From: Pseudobdellovibrionaceae bacterium
Lineage (GTDB): Bacteria > Bdellovibrionota > Bdellovibrionia > Bdellovibrionales > Bdellovibrionaceae
Direction: 5' to 3'
DNA: 22,254 nt
Assembly (NCBI GenBank): GCA_041288045.1
Contig: JBGGMM010000170.1
Coordinates: 1 to 22,254, forward strand
The notes under the pieces are model-generated. The model was not told the origin of the DNA. It was given only the letters and a program-made list of their open reading frames with translations, and searched no databases. This document shows, piece by piece, positions 1 to 8,134 of this stretch. The position numbers and the translations under genes were made by a program. Within the stretch, counting starts at the first letter, position 1, and every line of letters starts with the position of its first letter.

Positions 1-1
1 T

Positions 2-325
2 TTATTTCGAAAAATCCATCCCTTCGTGGAAGATGATATTGTAATTCGATCTGATCAAAATCCCCACTATCCAGCCGACGTGGCGAAGTTTTTCCCTGGA
101 TCTCTTCACTTAACATGCAAAGGAAAAAGAGGAGCCATGACTGGACAAGGAGAATTAAAGAAAGTTCGGCATGATCCGATTTTTAGTTTAAACCACACTT
201 GTGCAAAACTTAGAGCCGATATCAATCGATTGGTGCGACGAACTTGGTGTACTACAAAGAAAATAGATCGCCTCACTGCTCACCTTCACATCTACTCTCA
301 ATATCACAACCAAAACTTGGCTTAA
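2..325 (+). CDS. C-terminal part of an IS1-family-like transposase (5' truncated by window edge)
   Basis: Frame is open from position 2 (LFRKIHPFVEDDIVIRSD...). IRSD-x4-Y and LNHTCAKLRADINRLVRRTWCTTKK resemble the IS1 InsB-type segments TD-x-Y and IERHNLNLR..L.RL.RK...FSK. No terminal inverted repeat identified. Confidence 0.6.
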   Translation, partial: LFRKIHPFVEDDIVIRSDQNPHYPADVAKFFPGSLHLTCKGKRGAMTGQGELKKVRHDPIFSLNHTCAKLRADINRLVRRTWCTTKKIDRLTAHLHIYSQYHNQNLA

Positions 326-411
326 AGGTAACACTCGCAGGGATTAAGGTCTCTTTTGAGAGTCAGAAGTTTCAATCGTTATGAACAGCAAGGTGGGCCA
401 GTTTAGAAATT

Positions 412-1398
412 TTAAGTCAGCACTTGGCGAATGCGCGAGAGCAGCAGGGGTTCAACGACCTTCTGCTCGCTCAATCTCTGCAGAAGCTCAACCACTCTCA
501 GACGAAGATTTCCTGGTGTGGTGTAGAATTCGACAAATAATTGATCGATTTCATCAGCGACTCGCAAAATTTGTGAGAGCTCGTTGATTGTAAATCCTCG
601 AAGACCGGATGGATAACCGGATCCATTGAATTCTTCATGATGCTGAAGAATGATGGTTTTCGCCAAATCACTGATCTGAATCTTTTTTTCCTCGAGAATT
701 TCCAAGGCCTGCAAAGGATGCTTATAAACCCAGTCCCTTTCAAAAATGCTCAAGCGCAAAACTTGATGGGCATTGGGAATGATTTTTGGCGGAAGCTTCG
801 AGAGTCCAATGTCATGAAGAAGAGCTGCCATCGCCATATCGGTCAGAATTTTTTCCCGAGAATAGCCAATTCCAAAAGTGATCAGCACCGCAAGACTTGC
901 CACATTCACTGGATGCTTTTGAAAATCACTACCTCTTTCCGCCAACTGCGACAGACGACGGAATAATTTCTTTGACCCATAAGTGGTGTTTTCAAGCGTG
1001 CTTTCGATGATCGTTCCAGTGATGTCATTGAGATTTCCCATCAAAGCTGCGGCGATCGCTGGATCTGTCTGATTCAAAGTGGATGAGAGAATGGATTTGG
1101 CAGCAGTGGCCATGAGCCTGCGGTTTTCATCCGAATCCTGAGTGCCCACCAATGATTTGATCCGAAGAGCGACGTATTTGACAAATTCGGTGTAATCTTT
1201 TTTCTCAATAAAGAAATTGCTGAGGTTTCCCTCGGTAAGCTTTTCCAGCTTGTGGCTTTCGATTGAGCTTCCGGCTCGGCGGAAAAGAATATACTTCTCA
1301 TTCAACGGCAGATTGACATAAAGATCGAAATTGATCTTCGTCTCCGCTTCGATATCCAGGCTTTGAATGGGAAGAAAATCCTTAAATGCTTCTGACAT
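412..1398 (-). CDS. HD-GYP domain protein (cyclic dinucleotide phosphodiesterase family)
   Basis: Motifs ALLHDIG, HP, QHHE and GSGYPSGL, plus an N-terminal accessory domain (FDLYVNLPLNEKYILFRRAG). Confidence 0.9.
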   Translation of the reverse strand: MSEAFKDFLPIQSLDIEAETKINFDLYVNLPLNEKYILFRRAGSSIESHKLEKLTEGNLSNFFIEKKDYTEFVKYVALRIKSLVGTQDSDENRRLMATAAKSILSSTLNQTDPAIAAALMGNLNDITGTIIESTLENTTYGSKKLFRRLSQLAERGSDFQKHPVNVASLAVLITFGIGYSREKILTDMAMAALLHDIGLSKLPPKIIPNAHQVLRLSIFERDWVYKHPLQALEILEEKKIQISDLAKTIILQHHEEFNGSGYPSGLRGFTINELSQILRVADEIDQLFVEFYTTPGNLRLRVVELLQRLSEQKVVEPLLLSRIRQVLT

Positions 1399-1400
1399 CC

Positions 1401-1886
1401 TTACTCTTTCTCATGCACTTCGGAACTTCTGGTTCCTTTGTGGAGTTCGTGGTTGGCAAGATCCGCGGTGGATTGGGCAGGATCCCGGACTTCCGTGAAT
1501 GGCAGCTTCGGAGTGTTGTCCTGGTTCAGAATTTTTTGTGTTGGTATAACGACTTTAGATGATGGCAGAGACTCGCCTGTTGTCAACCCTAAAGCCTTTT
1601 GTCTGGCCGCCCAGAGTTTTGTGTATCTCTCAGCAAATTGATTTTGCTCCTGACTGAATTTGGGATCTTCAATCAGAATCTCCATCCCCTCTTTCATATC
1701 TTCGGGCCGTGAAAGTTTATTGGCGGATAGCAATTTTGTAAATTGGGTTCCATTGCCATAATAAACTTGGGCAATGAACCAGGCAGTTTCATCTTCAAGC
1801 ACAACATGCTTGACCACTTTGGCCTGGGTCGAGAGCGCCCAAACAGAGACAATCACTGCAATCAGTCCGAATTTGCCCGACATCAT
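1401..1886 (-). CDS. Secreted LysM-like domain protein
   Basis: Likely start is ATG 1886 (SD-like GAAGGGG upstream). Signal peptide ends in TQA. HVVLEDETAWFIAQVYYGNGTQFTKLLSANKL...MKEGMEILI matches the LysM pattern. Only 2 nt separate it from the HD-GYP gene, suggesting an operon. Confidence 0.8.
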   Translation of the reverse strand: MMSGKFGLIAVIVSVWALSTQAKVVKHVVLEDETAWFIAQVYYGNGTQFTKLLSANKLSRPEDMKEGMEILIEDPKFSQEQNQFAERYTKLWAARQKALGLTTGESLPSSKVVIPTQKILNQDNTPKLPFTEVRDPAQSTADLANHELHKGTRSSEVHEKE

Positions 1887-1990
1887 TTGAGAACCCCTTC
1901 CCACTATTGTCTCTGATCGGTTCTTAAAGGAAAACCCCAAGTTCCAAAATGAGAATAACCGTCTAGAACTTCGTCGGAATCATTGACCAA

Positions 1991-2018
1991 AGTCGTGAAA
2001 TCCCTGAAAATCACGACT
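1991..2018. promoter_or_regulatory. Perfect 8-bp inverted repeat (AGTCGTGA-N12-TCACGACT), candidate operator
   Basis: Lies between divergent genes, just downstream of a TTGACC -35-like hexamer (1983-1988) and 3 nt before ATG 2022. Confidence 0.4.
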
Positions 2019-2021
2019 CAT

Positions 2022-2639
2022 ATGCAGGATTTTTATCTGATTCGCCATGGAGAGACCGACTGGAACGTCAAGCTCGGACTCTTACAGGGACACACGGACA
2101 TTCCATTGAACGAGAGAGGGATTCTCCAATCCAAAGCTCTTCACAAAATCACATCTGAACTGAAATTTAATAAAATTATCAGCAGCGATTTAATCAGAGC
2201 TCGAACAACTGCTGAAAATATGACGAACTTTCAGACAGAGATCGAAATTACAAGCGATTTACGTGAAGTGCATTTAGGCATCGGCGAAGGCCTCAGCTGG
2301 GCTCAGGTCGAAGAAAAATTAGGAGCCGATTTCAGAGCCAAATGGGGTGCCACTGCTCAGCCGGACATGAACCTTCGTTTTCCCGGTGGAGAATCCAGAG
2401 GCGAAGTCCTACAACGAATTCAAAATTGCCTGTTCAAATTTCTTCGTCGGCATCCGGGTGAAACCCTGGCTTTTGTCTCACATGGGTATGTGATTCGCTG
2501 TCTGGTTTTTCACTTGGAAACCATGAGCCAAGATTTTTTTGTTCCCAATTGCGCCGTTGTGCCTTTTGCTTTTGACGGAGAAAAACTCCTTTATAAGGGT
2601 CCCGATGCAACCGAAGACCTTTTACAGCCGCGACTCTAG
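2022..2639 (+). CDS. Histidine phosphatase (phosphoglycerate mutase-like) family protein
   Basis: Motifs LIRHGETDWN, GHTDIPLN, SSDLIRA, LRE, GGES and VSHG. Start taken at ATG 2022, immediately before the RHG strand, rather than TTG 1983. Confidence 0.9.
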   Translation: MQDFYLIRHGETDWNVKLGLLQGHTDIPLNERGILQSKALHKITSELKFNKIISSDLIRARTTAENMTNFQTEIEITSDLREVHLGIGEGLSWAQVEEKLGADFRAKWGATAQPDMNLRFPGGESRGEVLQRIQNCLFKFLRRHPGETLAFVSHGYVIRCLVFHLETMSQDFFVPNCAVVPFAFDGEKLLYKGPDATEDLLQPRL

Positions 2640-3176
2640 TTTTCGCAAAAGACCCTCAACAGTGGGATCCACTGTCAGTAAATCCAGATTTTTCGGATCA
2701 ATAAAACCCTCGCGAATCATCACTTCGGTCTGCTGCAAAAGAGGATCAAAAAATCCTTCGAAATTCAAAATGCCAATCGGCTTTCGGTGAATCCCGATTT
2801 GTGCCCAAGTGAGAATTTCAAAATACTCATCCAAAGTTCCCCAGCCCCCGGGCAGGGCGATGAAGCCATCCGAGAGCTGCTCCATCAAAGCTTTTCTCTC
2901 GTGCATAGAAGCTACAACCCGAAGGTCGGTGATCTGAGTGTCAGCGACCTCCTTGCCAAAAAGGCCCCCAGGAATCACACCGATCACGTCTCCCCCATTT
3001 TGCATCACAGTTTGTGAGATGACTCCCATCAACCCCACTCGGCCGCCACCGTAAACCAAATCCCAATTTCGTTTGACGAGCGCTTGCCCTAGAGAGATGG
3101 CGAGCTCCTGGTATTTTGCATGCACCCCCAAGCGCGACCCACAATAGACGCAAATTTTTTTTCGCTTTACAGCCAC
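2622..3176 (-). CDS. LOG family nucleotide 5'-monophosphate phosphoribohydrolase (TIGR00730-type)
   Basis: Motifs ICVYCGS, LVYGGGRVGLMG, SMHERK and ALPGGWGTLDE (PGGxGTxxE). Start placed at GTG 3176, 5 nt after GGAGG; ATG 3188 and ATG 3203 are alternatives. Confidence 0.9.
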   Translation of the reverse strand: MAVKRKKICVYCGSRLGVHAKYQELAISLGQALVKRNWDLVYGGGRVGLMGVISQTVMQNGGDVIGVIPGGLFGKEVADTQITDLRVVASMHERKALMEQLSDGFIALPGGWGTLDEYFEILTWAQIGIHRKPIGILNFEGFFDPLLQQTEVMIREGFIDPKNLDLLTVDPTVEGLLRKLESRL

Positions 3177-3194
3177 TGCCGCCTCCATTAACTT
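3166..3194 (+). promoter_or_regulatory. Putative sigma70 promoter of apt (TTTACA-N17-TAACTT), predicting leaderless mRNA
   Basis: -35 at 3166-3171, -10 at 3189-3194, apt ATG 7 nt later, no SD sequence. Confidence 0.5.
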
Positions 3195-3201
3195 TGCTCG
3201 C

Positions 3202-3720
3202 ATGAATTTAAAAAACTTGATCCGTGATATCGCCGATTTCCCAAAAAAGGGCATTCTTTTTCGTGACCTTTCCCCTTTGTTTCGCCATCCCGAATCTCTG
3301 GCCCAGGTGGTGCAAGAATTTTCTCGAGCTTTTGACTCTGAGCGCGTCGATGCTTTTGTCGGAATTGAAGCTCGCGGCTTTATACTCGCCTCTCTGCTCG
3401 CAGGACATTACAAAAAGGGATTCATCCCGCTTCGCAAAGCTGGAAAGCTCCCGCCACCTGTGATCTCACGCAACTACAAATTAGAGTACGGAACTGCCAC
3501 TTTGGAAATGTCCCCAGGCTCAGGGCGAGTCATGATCCTCGATGATGTGTTGGCCACTGGCGGAACTCTGCAAGCAGCCATTGATATCTGTGAAAATGCG
3601 GGATTTGCAGTCGAACAGGTCGGAGTTCTCGTCAACCTGTCATTTTTAAATCAAATGACTTTCCGAGGTGAAAAGATTTTTTCTCTCGTTGAATATGAGG
3701 ATCCAAAGTGCAGCATTTAA
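3202..3720 (+). CDS. apt: Adenine phosphoribosyltransferase
   Basis: Motifs DFPKKGILFRD, GIEARGF, RKAGKLP, YKLEYG and the PRPP loop ILDDVLATGGT. Confidence 0.96.
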   Translation: MNLKNLIRDIADFPKKGILFRDLSPLFRHPESLAQVVQEFSRAFDSERVDAFVGIEARGFILASLLAGHYKKGFIPLRKAGKLPPPVISRNYKLEYGTATLEMSPGSGRVMILDDVLATGGTLQAAIDICENAGFAVEQVGVLVNLSFLNQMTFRGEKIFSLVEYEDPKCSI

Positions 3721-4289
3721 ATCCTCAGGATGTCCAGATCATTGTCGCTCTGCCAATGGAGACTCAAGGGCTCTTCTCTGCTCTGAACATTCCTGTGAAT
3801 TACTGTGGGATTGGAAAAATCAATGCCACATTCAAAACCGCAGAAGTGATTTTGAAAACCGGCTGCCGCCATATTCTGAATCTCGGGACTGCTGGCAGTC
3901 ATCGCTTTCCCACTCACAGCACTGTTGAATGTCAGTCCTTTATCCAAAGAGATATGGATCTTTCTCCATTGGGGTTTCCCTTAGGTGAAACTCCGATGGA
4001 TGAAATTCAAGGTCGAATCGAAGTACCGACTTTCTTTTCCAATTTGCCAAAGGCCGTTTGTGGCACAGGAGATCGTTTTGAGGTGGGTCCTCCACAATTG
4101 GATTGTGATGTGGTCGAAATGGAAGCTTATGCCATTGCCAAAGTCTGCCGGAAGTTGGGAGTGGGTTTGACTTCAGTGAAATACATCACTGACGGTTCCG
4201 ATGATCAGGCCCATCAAGACTGGTTTGAAAATTTAAAACCAGCTTCCAAAAAACTGTTTGCGATCTATGAGGAATTTTTTCGCGTTTAG
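3708..4289 (+). CDS. MTA/SAH nucleosidase-like protein (PNP/UDP phosphorylase superfamily, short form)
   Basis: Motifs VALPME, GIGKINA, LNLGTAG, TGDRF, VEMEAYA and KYITD. GTG start with GAGG upstream, overlapping the apt 3' end. Confidence 0.85.
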   Translation: MQHLNPQDVQIIVALPMETQGLFSALNIPVNYCGIGKINATFKTAEVILKTGCRHILNLGTAGSHRFPTHSTVECQSFIQRDMDLSPLGFPLGETPMDEIQGRIEVPTFFSNLPKAVCGTGDRFEVGPPQLDCDVVEMEAYAIAKVCRKLGVGLTSVKYITDGSDDQAHQDWFENLKPASKKLFAIYEEFFRV

Positions 4290-4432
4290 ATTTTGTTAAG
4301 ACCCCCTTCAGGTCCTTAAAAACTTTGTTAGACACTTCGTTTTAAGGCGATTTTTCAGAATTTATATCATAGATGGTCCCAGGACCTTCATTTCTTGATA
4401 CAATTATCCGAAGGACAGGTGGAGTTAGAATC

Positions 4433-4837
4433 ATGTCTCAAATCAATTGGCCTGAAGTGAACATCCTAGTGGCGGAAGACGAAGAAGATCTCCGAGAGAT
4501 TTTAGTCAATGTTTTTGAATGTGAAGGCAGCAAAGTCCATTCGGCCAAAGACGGTGTTGAAGCTGTTGAAATCATGAAAAAGCACCCCATTGATGTGGTG
4601 ATCTCAGACATTCGAATGCCAAAATGTGATGGCATTCAGCTGCTTGAAAAAATCCGCGCTAAAAATCCCGATGTCCCGATTGTGTTTCTGGCCACTGGAT
4701 TTTCTGATATCAATGAAAAACAAGCCAAAGAAAAAGGCGCAGCCAGCCTGATCTACAAACCCTACACCATTCAGGATCTCTTTGCTGTGCTCGAGGAGAA
4801 TCTTTCTCACAACGAAAAATTCATTCGGGTTTCTTAA
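4433..4837 (+). CDS. Stand-alone response regulator receiver domain
   Basis: Motifs LVAEDE, ISDIRMP (phospho-Asp), ATG and YKPY; no output domain. ATG 4433 is preceded by GGAG. Confidence 0.92.
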   Translation: MSQINWPEVNILVAEDEEDLREILVNVFECEGSKVHSAKDGVEAVEIMKKHPIDVVISDIRMPKCDGIQLLEKIRAKNPDVPIVFLATGFSDINEKQAKEKGAASLIYKPYTIQDLFAVLEENLSHNEKFIRVS

Positions 4838-5543
4838 AAGAGTTGGCGTCAAAGAGGCGCTCAATTTTTTTCCATTTCCAGCTTTCTCTGGCATCAATGG
4901 CAAGGACTTCATCTGCCCGAGAAGGCATTGGCAATCGCACTTGCACAGCTCGCAAACACAGACCTGAGATTTCGAGCTTTTCACGAAAAAACTGGTTGTG
5001 CTTGGAATCTCCATGGGTGCTATCACCCACCACAGGGTGAGAAATGCGGTTCATATGCCGACGAATTTGATGGAAGCGCCCGGTTTGCGGAGAGACCTCA
5101 AGCCAAGAGTATCGGGCCTTCAGATTGCGATTGCCCACCACTTCATCCAATTCCATCCTTCGCAAAGTGCGAAAAAGAGTTTTGGCTGGCACCAACTCCC
5201 CAGTTGAATCCAATTCCAGCTCAAGTGAAATTTCGCCTTCATCCGGCACAAACCCACGAACCACAGCCCAATAGGTTTTCTCAATTCCCCGGCTCTGAAA
5301 AAGCTTTCCGTAAAAGCTGGCGACTTCTGAATTCAAAGCAAACAGCAAAACCCCACTGGTGGCCGCATCCAGACGGTGCAGTGGATAGATTTTCTGACCA
5401 ATTTGATCCCGCAGCTGATGTAGGACAATTTTATGCCTTGGCACTTTTTCAGGTTTTGATTCTGGAGGATGCACATGAAAACCCGAAGGCTTATCAATGG
5501 CAATGATGTGGTCGTCTTGATAGAGAATAGAAAATTGATTCAA
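4821..5543 (-). CDS. truC: RluA-family pseudouridine synthase, TruC-like (tRNA Psi65)
   Basis: Motifs IDKPSGFHVH, catalytic HRLDAATSG, KTYWAVVRG, PQTGRFHQIRRHM and HPVVGDSTHGD; no S4 domain. Confidence 0.8.
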   Translation of the reverse strand: MNQFSILYQDDHIIAIDKPSGFHVHPPESKPEKVPRHKIVLHQLRDQIGQKIYPLHRLDAATSGVLLFALNSEVASFYGKLFQSRGIEKTYWAVVRGFVPDEGEISLELELDSTGELVPAKTLFRTLRRMELDEVVGNRNLKARYSWLEVSPQTGRFHQIRRHMNRISHPVVGDSTHGDSKHNQFFREKLEISGLCLRAVQVRLPMPSRADEVLAIDARESWKWKKIERLFDANSFKKPE

Positions 5544-5550
5544 GCTGGAT

Positions 5551-5820
5551 TTAATTAACCCGGTTTTGATTGATGGTCAATCGAGCTTCCACTTGCGATC
5601 CTTTGACCGGCATATTTGTCGGAGTCAAAGTCATTCGGCTCTGAACCTGCGACCCCGCCGCAGACACGGCTCCTGGTGAAAGCTTGATCGCTTTGGAAGT
5701 GTCGACTTCGCCTTGAAATTCTTCAATGGGCCGCTTGGCTTCACTGACGAAATCCTCAATCTGCTTTCCGCAGGCTGAAAGGGCGACTAGAAAAAAGATC
5801 AAGAGCAGACTCTTTCTCAT
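5551..5820 (-). CDS. Small predicted lipoprotein of unknown function
   Basis: MRK, hydrophobic stretch, then lipobox LSA-C. C-terminal half has a repeated GSQV beta-like motif. Confidence 0.75.
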   Translation of the reverse strand: MRKSLLLIFFLVALSACGKQIEDFVSEAKRPIEEFQGEVDTSKAIKLSPGAVSAAGSQVQSRMTLTPTNMPVKGSQVEARLTINQNRVN

Positions 5821-5827
5821 AAGGATC

Positions 5828-5878
5828 TTATCGGCATTTCGTCTTGTTTTCTGAAGAGCCTCGTCTCAAGCTGAGACA
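5828..5878 (-). promoter_or_regulatory. sigma28(FliA)-like promoter with upstream GTCTCA-N3-TGAGAC palindrome
   Basis: On the minus strand, TCAG-N15-GCCGATAA (-10 at 5835-5828) lies 7 nt before ATG 5820. Palindrome at 5863-5877. Confidence 0.65.
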
Positions 5879-5881
5879 GTC

Positions 5882-8134
5882 TTAATAGTGCCATCTCACG
5901 TTGGAGTAAGCTTCGCCGAAGCCCTCACGATATGGGAGTCCCTGTGGTGAGCTGGCTGCTGAACCCGCCTCAAAGAGATGCAAGCGGTAACCAACCCCCA
6001 TCGACCAATCCCGGCGCAAGTAATAGTTGAGGTATCCGGCGATTTCGTATTTCTTGCTCTGATCAAAACCAGTTCCACCGAGCACTTCTCCACCCGTATC
6101 CCAACGATGCAAGAATGGGAAGGAGAGAGAAAAGCCGGCTTTCAAAAGATCATATTGGGATGCGAAAGAGGACCCGCCCGAAGGATTTCGATACAGCTCG
6201 TACCCGAGGATGGCTGAAATTTGTGACTCTTTCAGTTTTGACAGAAGATTCCAACCCATCATCCAACGGTAGTGGTAGCGCATTTCAGCCTGTAAAGGTG
6301 AAGCCTGATCGCTGGCACTATTGAGACCGATCGTTTTGGTTTTTAAGGACCCTTCGGCTCCATGCGATCCAAACCACTGCTGCACTCGAAGACCCATGAG
6401 AAGAGCCACGGGTTGCTCTTGTCGGCCGATTTGCTCACTGGAATACATGGTGAAACCGGAACTTTCCAAAGTCACTTTCGAACTTGGATAATTTCTATTG
6501 AGATAAATCAGATCTTTATTTTCGATTTTGGTCGTCAAAGTATTTTCAGGAGTTGAAGCCAGCTTTCGCTTCTCTTCTTCTTTCTTCGCCATCACTGGTT
6601 TCGGCACAACTTTGATATCCAGGGGAGCTGCTGTCTCACTTTTTCGACCGTACTTATCCACTGCCACCACTTTGGCCTGATAATGCCCCAGCTTGCCACC
6701 ATCCCAGGCCCAATGGGGGGATTTGACTTTGCGTCTTTGAATGACTTCACCTTTTGAATTGCGAAGCTCGATTTCATAGGCCTTGGCATTTGAAGAAGCG
6801 TCCCAAGAGACTTTCAGGCCTTCGTTTTCATAAACTTCAAACTGATCTTTTGCCAAAAGCGGAGGCAATGCCTTTTCAGGTTTGATCACAGAGAGCTTCA
6901 TCACTGGGCTTTCACCAGTCACCTGCATGCTCTCATTCACACCACGTGCTTTGATGTAAACCATTCCCACTTGATTGAAATACCAGGAAAGATTTCTTTC
7001 AGAGCTCCACTGCACAACAGTTTCTTGCGGTTTGAATTCTGGGCTTCTCGACATTTCGACGACAAAATGCTTCAGTCCAGGATCCGCGGCAATCGTCGCT
7101 TCAGCATAGACCTTTTCGTCAAACATCAAAAGTTCGGTTTTTTTAATTTCAATTCGCGGCGAAGGAATTTTTAAAGGTTCGCTTTTGACGAAAAACCCTT
7201 TTGTTTTCGTCCAGTTTTTTCGCTCCAAAGAAATTCTCCAGTAATTTCGTCCCAAAAACACATTGGCCATGGTCTCTTGACCATCTCCTGCGGACTCAAA
7301 AGTCTGAACCCAGCGATCAAATTGTGGCGAATTCGAAACTTGGCCAAAGACGGTTTTGATGTTTCCATCTTGTCGCCATTGTAAATTGACTGGAACGTTG
7401 ATTTCCTGTCTTCGCTCTGCCCGCTTGATGATTCCTTCAGGCAAGCGCTCATAGAAATCCAAAAATTCGTCGGTGCGGAAAATCGTATTTGGCATTTCCA
7501 TCGCATCCAATTGTGGTTTGATGTTTTTTCCAGCGTCCGCTGGCTGTCTCAGGATTTCATCTTTCTTCAACGCAATGGCCTGACCTTGATCCTTTTTGAT
7601 CGTCGCTTGACCTTTCAAAAGACGGATCTGCGGCTTGGAATTGCCACCCAGAATGATTTGGACTTCGGAGCCTTTCCCGCTGATCTCAGTGACTTTGTTA
7701 TCTAGAATCACTTTCATCGTGCCATCAACTGCCAATTTGAAATTTCCCAAGCGCAAGTTTGGAACTCGGATTCCCTGCATGTCTTCAAAATTGACAAGCG
7801 TGTTGGATCCCAAATCCACATGCCCGCCTTTTTCCAGCTCGACGCGTGAAAAAGAATTGGCTCCTGTGAAAACGCTGTCACCGACTCGAATTTTTTGTTT
7901 TTGCCGGGCTTTGTTCCAAGAAAAGCCCTCATTGGATTTGTGACGAGTGTCGTTTTGAAAATCAGTGATTTGACCGACGACAGGGCGATTGCCGCCATCT
8001 TCATCTAGATCCAGAAAACCCATGAGAGTTTCATCCACCAAGAGGTAGTAAAGACAAATCAAAACCACGACCAGCGCCAGCGCCAGCAGATTTCGGTCCG
8101 TTTTTGTGAATGAAAATTTGAACTTCCTGTTCAT
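5882..8134 (-). CDS. FecR-domain protein with Ig/FN3-like middle region and predicted C-terminal outer-membrane beta-barrel
   Basis: N-terminal hydrophobic helix, FecR-like VGDSVFTGANSFSRVEL..G..V.LG.NT, FN3-like VSWDASSNAKAYEIEL, and amphipathic beta strands ending VRWHY. Start ATG 8134 (GGAAGG upstream) or TTG 8143. Confidence 0.75.
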   Translation of the reverse strand: MNRKFKFSFTKTDRNLLALALVVVLICLYYLLVDETLMGFLDLDEDGGNRPVVGQITDFQNDTRHKSNEGFSWNKARQKQKIRVGDSVFTGANSFSRVELEKGGHVDLGSNTLVNFEDMQGIRVPNLRLGNFKLAVDGTMKVILDNKVTEISGKGSEVQIILGGNSKPQIRLLKGQATIKKDQGQAIALKKDEILRQPADAGKNIKPQLDAMEMPNTIFRTDEFLDFYERLPEGIIKRAERRQEINVPVNLQWRQDGNIKTVFGQVSNSPQFDRWVQTFESAGDGQETMANVFLGRNYWRISLERKNWTKTKGFFVKSEPLKIPSPRIEIKKTELLMFDEKVYAEATIAADPGLKHFVVEMSRSPEFKPQETVVQWSSERNLSWYFNQVGMVYIKARGVNESMQVTGESPVMKLSVIKPEKALPPLLAKDQFEVYENEGLKVSWDASSNAKAYEIELRNSKGEVIQRRKVKSPHWAWDGGKLGHYQAKVVAVDKYGRKSETAAPLDIKVVPKPVMAKKEEEKRKLASTPENTLTTKIENKDLIYLNRNYPSSKVTLESSGFTMYSSEQIGRQEQPVALLMGLRVQQWFGSHGAEGSLKTKTIGLNSASDQASPLQAEMRYHYRWMMGWNLLSKLKESQISAILGYELYRNPSGGSSFASQYDLLKAGFSLSFPFLHRWDTGGEVLGGTGFDQSKKYEIAGYLNYYLRRDWSMGVGYRLHLFEAGSAASSPQGLPYREGFGEAYSNVRWHY

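Noticed and set aside
349..362. GTCTCTTTTGAGAG as another copy of the GTCTCA-N3-TGAGAC palindrome
   Set aside because: Spacer is one base short and the site lies between convergent genes with no sigma28 box; also too weak to call a terminator.
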